64,000 bases of DNA from a bacterium (GTDB taxonomy: Bacteria; Myxococcota_A; UBA9160; UBA6930), in NCBI GenBank assembly GCA_024226235.1, contig JAAELW010000122.1, forward strand, positions 7,953-71,952, in the 5' to 3' direction. A model generated the notes under the pieces. The model was given only the letters and a program-made list of their open reading frames with translations. It ran no database searches and was not told the origin of the DNA. The translations under genes were made by a program, and so were the position numbers. Positions 34,795 through 43,426 of this stretch are shown here, in pieces; within the stretch, counting starts at the first letter, position 1; each line of letters opens with the position of its first letter.

Positions 34795-35640
34795 ATGGAG
34801 GTGGTCGGGCTCATCGCCGGCCTCGGTCGTATGCCGATCGAGGTGGCTCGCGCCGCGCGGCAGGGAGGCAGGCGGGTCGTCGCCGTCGGCCTGCGTGGCT
34901 TGACCGAGGCCTCCCTGGCCGAGGAAGTCGAGAATCTCGTCTGGGTGCACGTCGGTGAGGTCGAGCCGATGATGGCCTGTTTCCGGGACGCGGGCGCGGG
35001 CACCCTCGTGATGGCCGGCAAGGTTCCGAAGACCTTCCTGTGGGAGCAACCGGAGCTCGTCAAGCCCGATGCCCGGGCGTTGCGCGCCCTTTCGGGCCTG
35101 GCCGATCGCAAGGACGACTCCCTGCTGGGCGCATTCGCAGATCTTCTGGTCGAGGAGGGTTTCTCGCTGTTGGGTCAGGTCGAGCTGGCACCGGCGCTGC
35201 TGGCCGAGGTCGGCACGCTCGGGTGCGTCCAGCCTGGGCCCGCTGAGCTTGCGGATATCGCCTTCGGCTGGCCGATCGCCAAGGCGATCGGAGCGCTCGA
35301 CGTGGGCCAGACCGTGGTGGTGAAGGGGCGGGCGATTCTCGCACTGGAAGCCGTCGAGGGCACGGATGCCGCGGTCGAGCGCGGCTGTGCGCTGGGCGAA
35401 CCGGGCGCCAGCGTCGTGAAGGTTGCCAAACCGGCTCAGGACATGCGTTTCGACGTACCCACGATCGGGTTGGCCACATTGCAGGTACTGGTCGACTGCG
35501 GAGCGAAGGCCCTTGCAGTGGAGGCTGGGAAGACCGTGATGCTCGAGCGCAAGGCACTGCTGGCCCTGGCCGATCGACATGGAATCGCCGTGGTCGGCTT
35601 CACGGATGGAATGCTCGAAGCGGGGGAGGGCGAGGTTTGA
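34795..35640 (+). CDS. lpxI: UDP-2,3-diacylglucosamine hydrolase LpxI (DUF1009)
   Basis: 281 aa. N-terminus VGLIAGLGRMPIEVARAA. Also VMAGKV.K, DDSLLGAFADLL..EGF and DVGQTVVVKGRAILALEAVEGTDAAV. It lies between lpxA and lpxB, as in other LpxI-encoding genomes. Confidence 0.8.
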   Translation: MEVVGLIAGLGRMPIEVARAARQGGRRVVAVGLRGLTEASLAEEVENLVWVHVGEVEPMMACFRDAGAGTLVMAGKVPKTFLWEQPELVKPDARALRALSGLADRKDDSLLGAFADLLVEEGFSLLGQVELAPALLAEVGTLGCVQPGPAELADIAFGWPIAKAIGALDVGQTVVVKGRAILALEAVEGTDAAVERGCALGEPGASVVKVAKPAQDMRFDVPTIGLATLQVLVDCGAKALAVEAGKTVMLERKALLALADRHGIAVVGFTDGMLEAGEGEV

Positions 35641-36587
35641 TCGTGCGCCTCGCGGTGATCGGTGTCGGGCATATGGGCCGCTTTCATGCCCAGAAGGCGA
35701 AAGCACTTCGAGATGAAGGCGTCGAGTTGGTTGCCGTCGTCGATACAGACATCGAACGAGCGCGGAGTGTGGCCTCCGAGTTGGGTGTCGTGGCGGCCGA
35801 TGATCTGGAAAAGGTCGCTTCAGGGCTCGATGCGGTGATCGTCGCGGTGCCGACCGTGCATCACGCAGAAGTAGTCGGGGAAGCGCTGGAATCCGGGCTC
35901 GACGTATTGGTGGAGAAACCGATTGCGGCGACCCTGGCTGAAGCGGAGAAGCTGCTCGCGCAAGCGCGAGAAACCGGCCGCGTGGTGGAAGTGGGCCACC
36001 TCGAGTGGTTCAACGCCGCAATGAGAAAGGCCGCGGAACGCATCCACCGGCCCCTCTTCGTCGAATCGCACAGGCTCGGTCCGTTTCCCGATCGGTCGAC
36101 CGATGTGGATGTGGTACGCGACCTGATGATCCACGATCTGGATCTGATCCAACGGGTGGTCGGTGCCGAGCCGGAGCGGATCGAAGCCATCGGCGTGCCC
36201 GTCATCACGGAGCGGGTCGACATTGCGAACGCGCGCCTCACCTTTGCAAGTGGCTGCGTTGCGAATGTCACTGCGAGCCGTGTATCCCCCCAACCTTTGC
36301 GCAAGATCCGTTTCTTCCAAGCCGACGGCTATCTCTCGATCGATCTGCTCGAGCGCGAAGTCGTGCTTGCCGAGCGCGGACCGCCGGATGACGAGGGTCG
36401 GCGACAGGTCTCTCTCGACCGCATGGCCATCGACCGGGCGGATGCACTCGAAGCCCAGCTGCGTTCGTTTCGAGACGCGGTGCGCACCCGGGGTGCGGGT
36501 GAAGGGGCCGCCGACCACGGGCTGGCGGCGCTGCGCTCGGCGCTCCGGGTCGTGGAGGCCATGCCGGCCCTGGAGCCGCTCTCGTGA
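35637..36587 (+). CDS. Gfo/Idh/MocA-family NAD(P)-dependent oxidoreductase (GnnA-like candidate)
   Basis: Rossmann N-terminus RLAVIGVGHMGRFHA and the VLVEKPIA motif. It is embedded between lpxI and lpxB with overlapping stop/start codons on both sides. Confidence 0.85.
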   Translation: MIVRLAVIGVGHMGRFHAQKAKALRDEGVELVAVVDTDIERARSVASELGVVAADDLEKVASGLDAVIVAVPTVHHAEVVGEALESGLDVLVEKPIAATLAEAEKLLAQARETGRVVEVGHLEWFNAAMRKAAERIHRPLFVESHRLGPFPDRSTDVDVVRDLMIHDLDLIQRVVGAEPERIEAIGVPVITERVDIANARLTFASGCVANVTASRVSPQPLRKIRFFQADGYLSIDLLEREVVLAERGPPDDEGRRQVSLDRMAIDRADALEAQLRSFRDAVRTRGAGEGAADHGLAALRSALRVVEAMPALEPLS

Positions 36588-37759
36588 GTAGGATCTTCGT
36601 GTCGGCCGGGGACGCTTCGGGTGAGCAGCATGCGGCCGCGTTGGTCGAGGTGCTCAGGCGACGGCTTCCGGATGCGCGCTTCATCGGGCTCGGCGGAACG
36701 GCGATGGAGAAGGCCGGCGTGGAGCTGATCGTGCACCAGCACGAGATCGCGGTAGGTGGCCTGGTCGAGGTGCTCGGCGATGTCGGCCGGATCGTCAGTG
36801 CCTGGCGACGTCTTCGGAGGGTCTTGAAGGAGCGGCCGGATCTCGTGGTCCTGGTCGACTCGCCGGACTTCAATATTCCGTTGGCGCGAACTGCACGCAA
36901 GGCGGGGGTCCCGGTGCTCTACTACATCAGCCCGCAGGTCTGGGCCTGGCGGACGGGGCGGATCCAGAAGATCGCGCGGCGGGTCGACCGGATGGCCGTG
37001 ATCTTCCCGTTCGAGGAAGAGGTCTACTCCAATACCGGTCTGCCGGTCACCTTCGTCGGGCACCCGGTCGTCGATCATCTGCGTCCCTTCCTGGATGGGG
37101 GAGATGCTGCGAGTTCCCGCGCCGTGCTCGGCCTGGAGGGGGACGCGCCCTGTATCGCGCTCTTGCCCGGGAGCCGTCGCAACGAGGTGCGCGATACACT
37201 GCCGCTCCAACTCGAGGTCGTGAAGGCGGTGCACGCAAAGGATCCACGGGTCCGATTCACGGTCGGGGTCGCGCCCAGCATCCCGCGCGAGACGATCGAT
37301 CTGCGCATACGTGAGGCCGGGTTGCCGTCGCTCATCGATCTCCGCGTCTTCGAAGGGCGTACCCTGGATGTCATTCGCGCGGCCGATGTGGCGCTCACGA
37401 AGCCCGGCACGGTGACCGTCGAGATCGCGGTGCTCGGGACGCCTGCGGTCGTCGCGGCTCGCGCGCATCCGCTGACCGCGTTCCTGATGCGTCGTCTGGT
37501 CAAGGTCCCGTCGTTCACGATGCCGAATCTGATCGCAGGCGAGACGATCATTCCAGAGTTCCTTCAAGAAGAGGCGCTTCCAGAGCCGATCGCCGAAGCG
37601 TTGCTGGCCCGAATCGCCGGTCCGGAGCGCGAGACCCAGAAGGTTGCATTGGCTGGCGTGCGAGAGCGGCTCGGGCACGGAGGTGCTTCGGAGCGAACTG
37701 CCGACCTCGCACAGCAGATGATGGCAGTGGAGATGGCGGATGGGGCTGCTGGCGCATAG
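36584..37759 (+). CDS. lpxB: lipid-A-disaccharide synthase
   Basis: N-terminus RIFVSAGDASGEQHAA.L, then PDLVVLVDSPDFNIPLAR and YYISPQVWAWR. Confidence 0.9.
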   Translation: MSRIFVSAGDASGEQHAAALVEVLRRRLPDARFIGLGGTAMEKAGVELIVHQHEIAVGGLVEVLGDVGRIVSAWRRLRRVLKERPDLVVLVDSPDFNIPLARTARKAGVPVLYYISPQVWAWRTGRIQKIARRVDRMAVIFPFEEEVYSNTGLPVTFVGHPVVDHLRPFLDGGDAASSRAVLGLEGDAPCIALLPGSRRNEVRDTLPLQLEVVKAVHAKDPRVRFTVGVAPSIPRETIDLRIREAGLPSLIDLRVFEGRTLDVIRAADVALTKPGTVTVEIAVLGTPAVVAARAHPLTAFLMRRLVKVPSFTMPNLIAGETIIPEFLQEEALPEPIAEALLARIAGPERETQKVALAGVRERLGHGGASERTADLAQQMMAVEMADGAAGA

Positions 37760-38993
37760 CCTGGCGGCGTTGACCGCGCTGATCGGAATACCATTCGGCC
37801 TGCTCGGCTTGGCTCTTCGCCCCGCATGGCGAACCGGCCTGGCGGAGAGGCTCGGGCTGCGCTCGCCGCAGAGCGCAGGTGCTGCACCGATCTGGATTCA
37901 CGGGGCGAGCGTGGGTGAGCTGCAAGCCGCTCTGCGGCTGATCGATCCGCTGCTGGCTCGCGGTGAAGCGGTGGTCGCCACCACGACGACCACCACCGGA
38001 CGAGCGCTGGCGCGCCGTCTTCGCCCCGAGCTGGCGTCCGGCCTGGCTCCGATCGATCACCCCTGGTCGACCACGGCCGCGTTGAACCGAACCGCCCCCA
38101 GCGTGCTGGTGCTGATCGAGACGGAGCTCTGGCCGTGTTGGATTGCGTCGGCTTCGCGGCACGGGATTCCCGTGCTGGTGGTGTCCGGGCGCATCTCGGA
38201 CCGGAGTTTTCCCCGCTATCGCCGGATGCAGCGTCTGTTGGCACCTACGCTGGCCGGGTTGGCCGCGGTTGGCGCCCGCAGCGAGGTGGACGCCGAGCGT
38301 TTCGTTGCGATTGGGTTGGACAGCGATCGGGTGGAGGTGACCGGCGATCTGAAACTCGCGCCGCCGTCGGCTCCGGCGCCTCTCGAAGGCGAGCTCGTGA
38401 GGGCTCTTTCGGCGACGCCATGCTGGGTGGCGGGCAGTACACACCCGGGTGAGGAAATCGCAGCGCTCCACGCCACCGAAGAGGTGAGAGCGCGGGGCCA
38501 GAAGCTCGTGCTGGTCGTCGCGCCACGTCACCCGGAAAAGGTGGATGCTGCCGAGTCCGCACTTCGTGCGGCCGGCGCAAAGCCGCGCCGGCGTTCGGCA
38601 CTCGCCGGAGACGTGTTGGAAGACGGAGACGTCTTGCTGTTGGACACCCTGGGCGAGCTGGCCAGCCTGTATGGCGTGGCCCAGGCGGCTTTCGTCGGCG
38701 GCAGCCTGGTCCCGGTGGGGGGACACAACCTGCTCGAGCCGCTTCAGGCGGGCTGCCCGGTGTTGTTTGGTCCCCATGTCGGCAATGCACGGGAGAGCGC
38801 ACGTCTGCTGCTCGATTCCGGATCGGGAATCCAGGTGTCGGATTCGAAGGCCCTGGCAAGAGCCCTGGAGGATGTGCTGTCAGAGAATCCTCGCCGTAGG
38901 ATCGAGGCAGGGCAGCTCGCACTCGAGCTCCATCGCAGTGCGGTCGACGATGTGCTCGCGCTGATCGATCGGGTGCGGGGAAGCGCAGGCTGA
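37740..38993 (+). CDS. waaA: 3-deoxy-D-manno-octulosonic acid (Kdo) transferase
   Basis: Motifs IWIHGASVGE, ETELWP, and the C-terminal GGSL.P.GGHN.LEP. Confidence 0.9.
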   Translation: MGLLAHSLAALTALIGIPFGLLGLALRPAWRTGLAERLGLRSPQSAGAAPIWIHGASVGELQAALRLIDPLLARGEAVVATTTTTTGRALARRLRPELASGLAPIDHPWSTTAALNRTAPSVLVLIETELWPCWIASASRHGIPVLVVSGRISDRSFPRYRRMQRLLAPTLAGLAAVGARSEVDAERFVAIGLDSDRVEVTGDLKLAPPSAPAPLEGELVRALSATPCWVAGSTHPGEEIAALHATEEVRARGQKLVLVVAPRHPEKVDAAESALRAAGAKPRRRSALAGDVLEDGDVLLLDTLGELASLYGVAQAAFVGGSLVPVGGHNLLEPLQAGCPVLFGPHVGNARESARLLLDSGSGIQVSDSKALARALEDVLSENPRRRIEAGQLALELHRSAVDDVLALIDRVRGSAG

Positions 38994-40129
38994 TGAAGCG
39001 ACCGAGCTGGTTTGAAACGGAGTCGAAAGGTTGGAGGCGACTTGCGCTCCTGCCCATGTCGGTTGCGGCGGCTCTCTATGGTGTCGCGGCCCGGCTGCAC
39101 CGCCTCGCCTACGATCGGGGCTGGTCGTCTCGTCGCCAGCTGGCATGCAAGGTCGTCAGCGTCGGCAACCTGGTCTCGGGGGGTGCGGGCAAGACACCCA
39201 CCGCAGCCTGGGTGGCTGCCGCGCTGCGCGCCCGGGGCCACAGGGTTGTGCTCGCCAGCCGCGGCTATGGAGGGAGCGGGCACGACGCGGTTCGGGTCGT
39301 CTCCGATGGCCGCTATGTGCGAGGCCGTAGTGAAGTCGTCGGCGACGAGGCCATGTTGTTGGCTGCCCTCGCACCGGGCGTGCCGGTGATCGTCGGCGCG
39401 CGGCGGGATCTCGTTGGCCAGCGCGCCGTCGCTGCCTTCGATGCCCACGTGCTCGTGCTGGACGACGGCTTCCAGCATCACCGGCTGGTGCGAGACGTCG
39501 ATCTGGTGACCGTCCACGGCAGCGCGGGCTTTGGCAATCGACACCTCCTCCCCCGCGGTCCGTTGCGAGAGCGCCCCGAGACCCTCTGTCGCGCGGATGC
39601 GATCGGCATCGTAGACGGACCGCTCGGCGATGCGGATGCCGCGTTTCTGGATGAGAAGGCCCCGCTGGTCCGGCGCTTCGAAGTCGAGCGCGTAGCGACG
39701 CAGACGCGTCCACTCGGAGGTGGTGCACATGCACCGGTCGAGGCGCTGGTCGGACGTCCTGTGGGTCTGCTCTGCGGCATCGCACGCCCGGCTTCTTTTC
39801 GAGAGACGGTCGAAGGGCTGGGCGCTTGCGTCGTGGCCGAGCGGAACTTCGCCGACCATCATGTCTACCAGGCTTCGGATCTTCGGGGGTTGGAGGCCGA
39901 AGCCGCGGTCTGGCTCACCACCGAGAAGGATGCGGGCAAGCTGTTGCCGCGCTGGATCCGCGGTGTGGAACTCCTCGTCCTCTCTCAGGAGACGCGGGTC
40001 CGGGATGCGGAAGCCTTCCTCGACTGGTTGGAGGATCGCTTGCGCGCCAAGGCCGCGGGTCGCAACGCGACCGTTCCCGGGATCGCGCACCCACCCCGTG
40101 CAGCGCGCGATCACACCGCGTTGGGCTGA
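38993..40129 (+). CDS. lpxK: tetraacyldisaccharide 4'-kinase
   Basis: P-loop VVSVGNLVSGGAGKTP; also RGYGG and LDDGFQH. Confidence 0.9.
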   Translation: MKRPSWFETESKGWRRLALLPMSVAAALYGVAARLHRLAYDRGWSSRRQLACKVVSVGNLVSGGAGKTPTAAWVAAALRARGHRVVLASRGYGGSGHDAVRVVSDGRYVRGRSEVVGDEAMLLAALAPGVPVIVGARRDLVGQRAVAAFDAHVLVLDDGFQHHRLVRDVDLVTVHGSAGFGNRHLLPRGPLRERPETLCRADAIGIVDGPLGDADAAFLDEKAPLVRRFEVERVATQTRPLGGGAHAPVEALVGRPVGLLCGIARPASFRETVEGLGACVVAERNFADHHVYQASDLRGLEAEAAVWLTTEKDAGKLLPRWIRGVELLVLSQETRVRDAEAFLDWLEDRLRAKAAGRNATVPGIAHPPRAARDHTALG

Positions 40130-40232
40130 TCAGGTGCCATCCCGGCTGGTTGTCTCGCGGGTGCAGACCGATTGTCGGTGCGCGAGCGCAACCGATCGCG
40201 AGGCTGAGGCTCGTGCGAGTGGCGTTGCGCCA

Positions 40233-40405
40233 CCTGCGGGCGGGTGGGTAGGCCAGCGTGGTCTTCGCGGGGTTGGGAGGGGGGATGGTCCCGGGGGTAA
40301 GGGGGTTCCTCTTCTCCTGTGAGCTGCTGGGCTCGCCAGCATGGCGGGCGCGGCGCTTTGGCCCGCATGGGCGGAAACGAGGCCGACTCGGGTTCGCGGC
40401 TCCGT
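40233..40405. repeat. left inverted-repeat arm
   Basis: cctgcgggcgggtgggtaggccagcgtggtcttcgcggggttgggagggggg.. matches the reverse complement of the right arm. Confidence 0.75.
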
Positions 40406-41115
40406 CAAGCAGCGCCTGGAACCTCAGCCGGATCGAGAAGTGGCCCCGCCTTGCGCCAGCCCTCCGCCAAGAGCCAGGTGTGGGGCATGGCGATGGCCAC
40501 GACCTCTCCGCCGGGTCGTTCACGTGCCTGGGCCACCAGCCCCATAGCAGAGCGCCGCCAGCCCTCGAACCAGCGCCCTGAAGACGCAGGATCGATCCTC
40601 GTGGTAAGGGGCTTCTTCTTCAGGTGCCTACGAGCATTCAGAAGCACGTAGCGCAGCGTATTCCGCACCTGGGTGGGCGTCCGGAGCACCCGGTGATGGA
40701 AGCGGTCGAGCAGCACGCTCCCATTCCGCCCAAATACCCTGTTTACGGCCCGCGCCAGGCGAGCCCCCAGCGCATTCATCCCCCTGCCAAGCGCATCCAC
40801 ATCCTGGGCCTCGACGATCCCATGCACGTGGTTCGACTGGATCGAGTAGTGGACGAGCCGGAAGTCCCCCCGCTCCAGCACCTGAGCGAACGACCGCTCG
40901 ATCTCCCGCACCAGCCGCGCACTGCGGAGTGACGGCACATCGGGCCGGACCTTCAGCGTCACATGGCAGGGAAACCGCGAAGCCAGCGCCGCACGTCGAA
41001 GATGGGCCACCCGCGAATCCGGAGTGCGCCGACGCCCGGCCCTTTCTCGCCTTCCGCCCCAACCGCAAGCGACGCGAAGGGGAAGTTCTTGCTGGGTAGA
41101 ACGACACGACATCAT
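40405..41115 (-). CDS. REP-associated tyrosine transposase (IS200/IS605 TnpA-like Y1 HUH enzyme)
   Basis: HUH motif SNHVHGIV and catalytic-Tyr region VRNTLRYVLLNARRH. The length from the ATGATG at 41115 is ~236 aa. The ORF-track extension to 41424 runs into the repeat arm. Confidence 0.85.
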   Translation of the reverse strand: MMSCRSTQQELPLRVACGWGGRRERAGRRRTPDSRVAHLRRAALASRFPCHVTLKVRPDVPSLRSARLVREIERSFAQVLERGDFRLVHYSIQSNHVHGIVEAQDVDALGRGMNALGARLARAVNRVFGRNGSVLLDRFHHRVLRTPTQVRNTLRYVLLNARRHLKKKPLTTRIDPASSGRWFEGWRRSAMGLVAQARERPGGEVVAIAMPHTWLLAEGWRKAGPLLDPAEVPGAA

Positions 41116-41194
41116 GTTGAAACTAGCGAGGTTATGCGATCTGTCAAGGAGAAAGTACACGAAATTGCCTTCACGTCCTCGGTCCGACCAAGAC

Positions 41195-41382
41195 CCCGCG
41201 CGCAGCTCTGTTCCCCGCGATTTGGAGCCGGCCTCGTCTCCACACACGCCGGCAAAAGCACCGCGCCCACGACGCCGGCAAGCCCAGGCGCTCGCAGGAG
41301 AAGAGGAACCCCCTTGCCCCCAGGACCATCCCCCTCCCAACCCCGCGAAGACCAAGCTGGCCCACGCACTCGCCCGCAGGCG
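41195..41382. repeat. right inverted-repeat arm
   Basis: The reverse complement reads cctgcgggcgagtgcgtgggccagcttggtcttcgcggggttgggaggggg.. and aligns with the left arm. Confidence 0.75.
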
Positions 41383-41439
41383 CCTTGAGCACAGCGGACG
41401 TCTCCGAGATGGGAAGCGGGACATCGCTGACGGAAAGAT

Positions 41440-42273
41440 TCAGCCGTGACCCGATCGATAGCGAAGCGCGTGCACCGCGACCTTGCGCAGTTCGCGATCC
41501 ACTTTGCGCAGAAGAGCGCGCCTGAGGGCACGGTCTTGGCCGCAGTAGGCGCCGAAGAATGTGGCGACTCCGCGGGTTCCGACGATCGGGAGGACTTCTC
41601 GTTTCAGGAGTGAACGAAACAGGCGCATGATCTGCGACATGCGCTCGCCCGGAGTGAGCCCTGGTGTGATGCGGGCGCGATCGAGGTCGATCAGGATCAC
41701 TTCCGGTGGCGTGGACTCGCGCACCAGCAGGTTCTTGACATGGAGGTCCGCGTGACGTCCGCCAGCGTCGTGGAAAGCGCGAACTGCCCGACCCGCGGCA
41801 CGGGCCACGGGCAGGAGCGTTTCCGCATCCGGGCAGGTCTCCAGCCAAACGAGGCCGTCGCGGGTGTCTTCTTCGAACACAGTGCCTACCGTCAGGGCCC
41901 ACCATGCGGCGAAGATGCGTTCACCGGCGGCCAGGATGGCCTGCGGCACCGGGGCTCCAGCGGCGCGCAGTTCGGCGGTGACGGCGATCTCGCGAGTGGC
42001 CCGCCCTGTCCCCAGGTAGGCGCGACCCAGAAGAGGGCCGAGCAGGCCGCCGTGTACGAGGCGTCGCAAGGCGATTCGTTCCGAGCGGCCGGGTACGGAG
42101 GCGACAGCCAGCGGTACGCGGCCAGTCGCGGTGTCCGGGCCGCTGCGGAATTCGGCGTCGAGCCCGCCCGGCTCCGACCAGCCCAGGCGCTGGACGTCTT
42201 CGGCGAAGCTCTCGTCCACGCTGAGCCGGATCCGGCCGGACGAGATGACGCGAAATTCCGGCAAGGACGTCAC
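41440..42273 (-). CDS. lipopolysaccharide kinase family protein (Kdo kinase KdkA / InaA-like)
   Basis: Protein-kinase-like catalytic loop HADLHVKNLLV and ILIDLDRAR. The GTG at 42273 lies 13 nt after the lptF/G stop. The ORF-track start at 42504 overlaps lptF/G. Confidence 0.75.
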   Translation of the reverse strand: MTSLPEFRVISSGRIRLSVDESFAEDVQRLGWSEPGGLDAEFRSGPDTATGRVPLAVASVPGRSERIALRRLVHGGLLGPLLGRAYLGTGRATREIAVTAELRAAGAPVPQAILAAGERIFAAWWALTVGTVFEEDTRDGLVWLETCPDAETLLPVARAAGRAVRAFHDAGGRHADLHVKNLLVRESTPPEVILIDLDRARITPGLTPGERMSQIMRLFRSLLKREVLPIVGTRGVATFFGAYCGQDRALRRALLRKVDRELRKVAVHALRYRSGHG

Positions 42274-42286
42274 CCTGTCCCGGCGA

Positions 42287-43426
42287 TCAGCTCTCCGCGT
42301 GTCGCGCGCGGTAGAGAAGGAATGCGGCGACGGCGGCGAAGACGAGGTTCGGAAGCCAAAGTGAAACGGCAGCCGGGGCGATGCTCTCTTCGGCGAGGTA
42401 CTCACCGGCCGAGAGCAGGGTGTAGTAGCTGAACACGAGTACGACGCAGAGAAGAACCCCCCAGGAACGAGCGCCCCGGGATCGCTGCAGGCCCAGCGGA
42501 ACACCTAGCAACGCAAAGAGGAAGGGTGCTACGGGCAAGGCAAGGCGTCGATGCAGCTGGATCTCGTAGCGATCACGGGACTTCACCCGCACGTAGCTCG
42601 GGGCCTTGCCGTTCGGGCCCCAATCGTTCAGCACCAGCTGGATCTCGCTGTTGGTCATCTCGCGGGGACGGATACGATTGAAGCCGGGAGTGGCCAGCGC
42701 GGAGAGGTCGAATGTGTACTCGAACTCCTGGAACGAGATGCGCTGGTAGCGGTCGTCGCCGGCATCCTCGCGCTCGAAATGGATGTCTCCCTCGAACAGC
42801 CGGATCACTCCGGTACCGGAATCGCGCTCGAAGTCGAAGCGGCCGCGGTTGGCGACGACAGTGAAGGGGTTCTTCTGGTCGGTGCGGTCGGAGATCAGCA
42901 CGCCGGACAGCTCGTTGTTGTCATTGCGCCCATCGACGAAGAGCAGCCGCTGGCCGGTGGTATCGAGCTCGTTGAATGCTCCCGCCTCGATGATCCCACC
43001 GCGGGAGGCCACCTCTCCGAGGAAGCCGCGCAGATCCCTCCGCGCTCCGGGCTCGACGGAGCTGAGCAGCCAACCCGTGCACAGGGAGACGATCAGGCCG
43101 ACGGCCGCGACCGGTATCACGATCTGGCCCAGGCTCACCCCCAGAGCACGCATGGCCGTCACTTCCGCGTCCGAAGACATGCGGCCGACGGCGACCAGGA
43201 TTCCGAACAGGAAGGCGACCGGGATCGAATAGGCCGCCAGCATGCCCAGCAGGTAGGCCATCAGGTTGAGCATGTCCCCGAAGCCGATGCCGATGCCGGC
43301 GATGTCGTTCAGCTCGCGCAGGATGCGCTGGGAGAGCATCACCGAGCCCACGGCGAGCAGGCCAATGCCTGCGTATTGCCCGAGCTCACGCAGGACGTAG
43401 ATCGACAAGGTGCGCGGGATCCGCAT
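42287..43426 (-). CDS. LPS export ABC permease LptF/LptG family
   Basis: From the ATG at 43426 the product reads MRIPRTLSIYVLRELGQYAGIGLLAV.., with MSSDAEVTAMRALGVSL, a periplasmic beta-jellyroll region and C-terminal TMs. The remaining upstream 389 aa of the 768-aa ORF is antisense to the GT9 gene and was rejected. Confidence 0.88.
   Translation of the reverse strand: MRIPRTLSIYVLRELGQYAGIGLLAVGSVMLSQRILRELNDIAGIGIGFGDMLNLMAYLLGMLAAYSIPVAFLFGILVAVGRMSSDAEVTAMRALGVSLGQIVIPVAAVGLIVSLCTGWLLSSVEPGARRDLRGFLGEVASRGGIIEAGAFNELDTTGQRLLFVDGRNDNNELSGVLISDRTDQKNPFTVVANRGRFDFERDSGTGVIRLFEGDIHFEREDAGDDRYQRISFQEFEYTFDLSALATPGFNRIRPREMTNSEIQLVLNDWGPNGKAPSYVRVKSRDRYEIQLHRRLALPVAPFLFALLGVPLGLQRSRGARSWGVLLCVVLVFSYYTLLSAGEYLAEESIAPAAVSLWLPNLVFAAVAAFLLYRARHAES

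Larger units (their letters stand above)
40233..41382. mobile_element. RAYT/IS200-like Y1-transposase gene bracketed by long imperfect inverted repeats
   Basis: Segment 40233-40405 is the reverse complement of 41195-41382. By hand alignment the outer ~95 bp are about 90% identical and similarity degrades inward. The pair encloses the Y1 transposase CDS. The element sits in the convergent gap between lpxK and the LPS-kinase gene. Confidence 0.65.

Noticed and set aside
42551-43375. Upstream 5' part of the 671-aa plus-strand ORF 42551-44566, and the 5' 389 aa of the minus-strand ORF 42287-44593.
   Set aside because: Only the 3' part of each ORF carries family motifs (GT9 on plus, LptF/G on minus). 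The remaining portions are antisense to the other gene and read as low-complexity shadow sequence.
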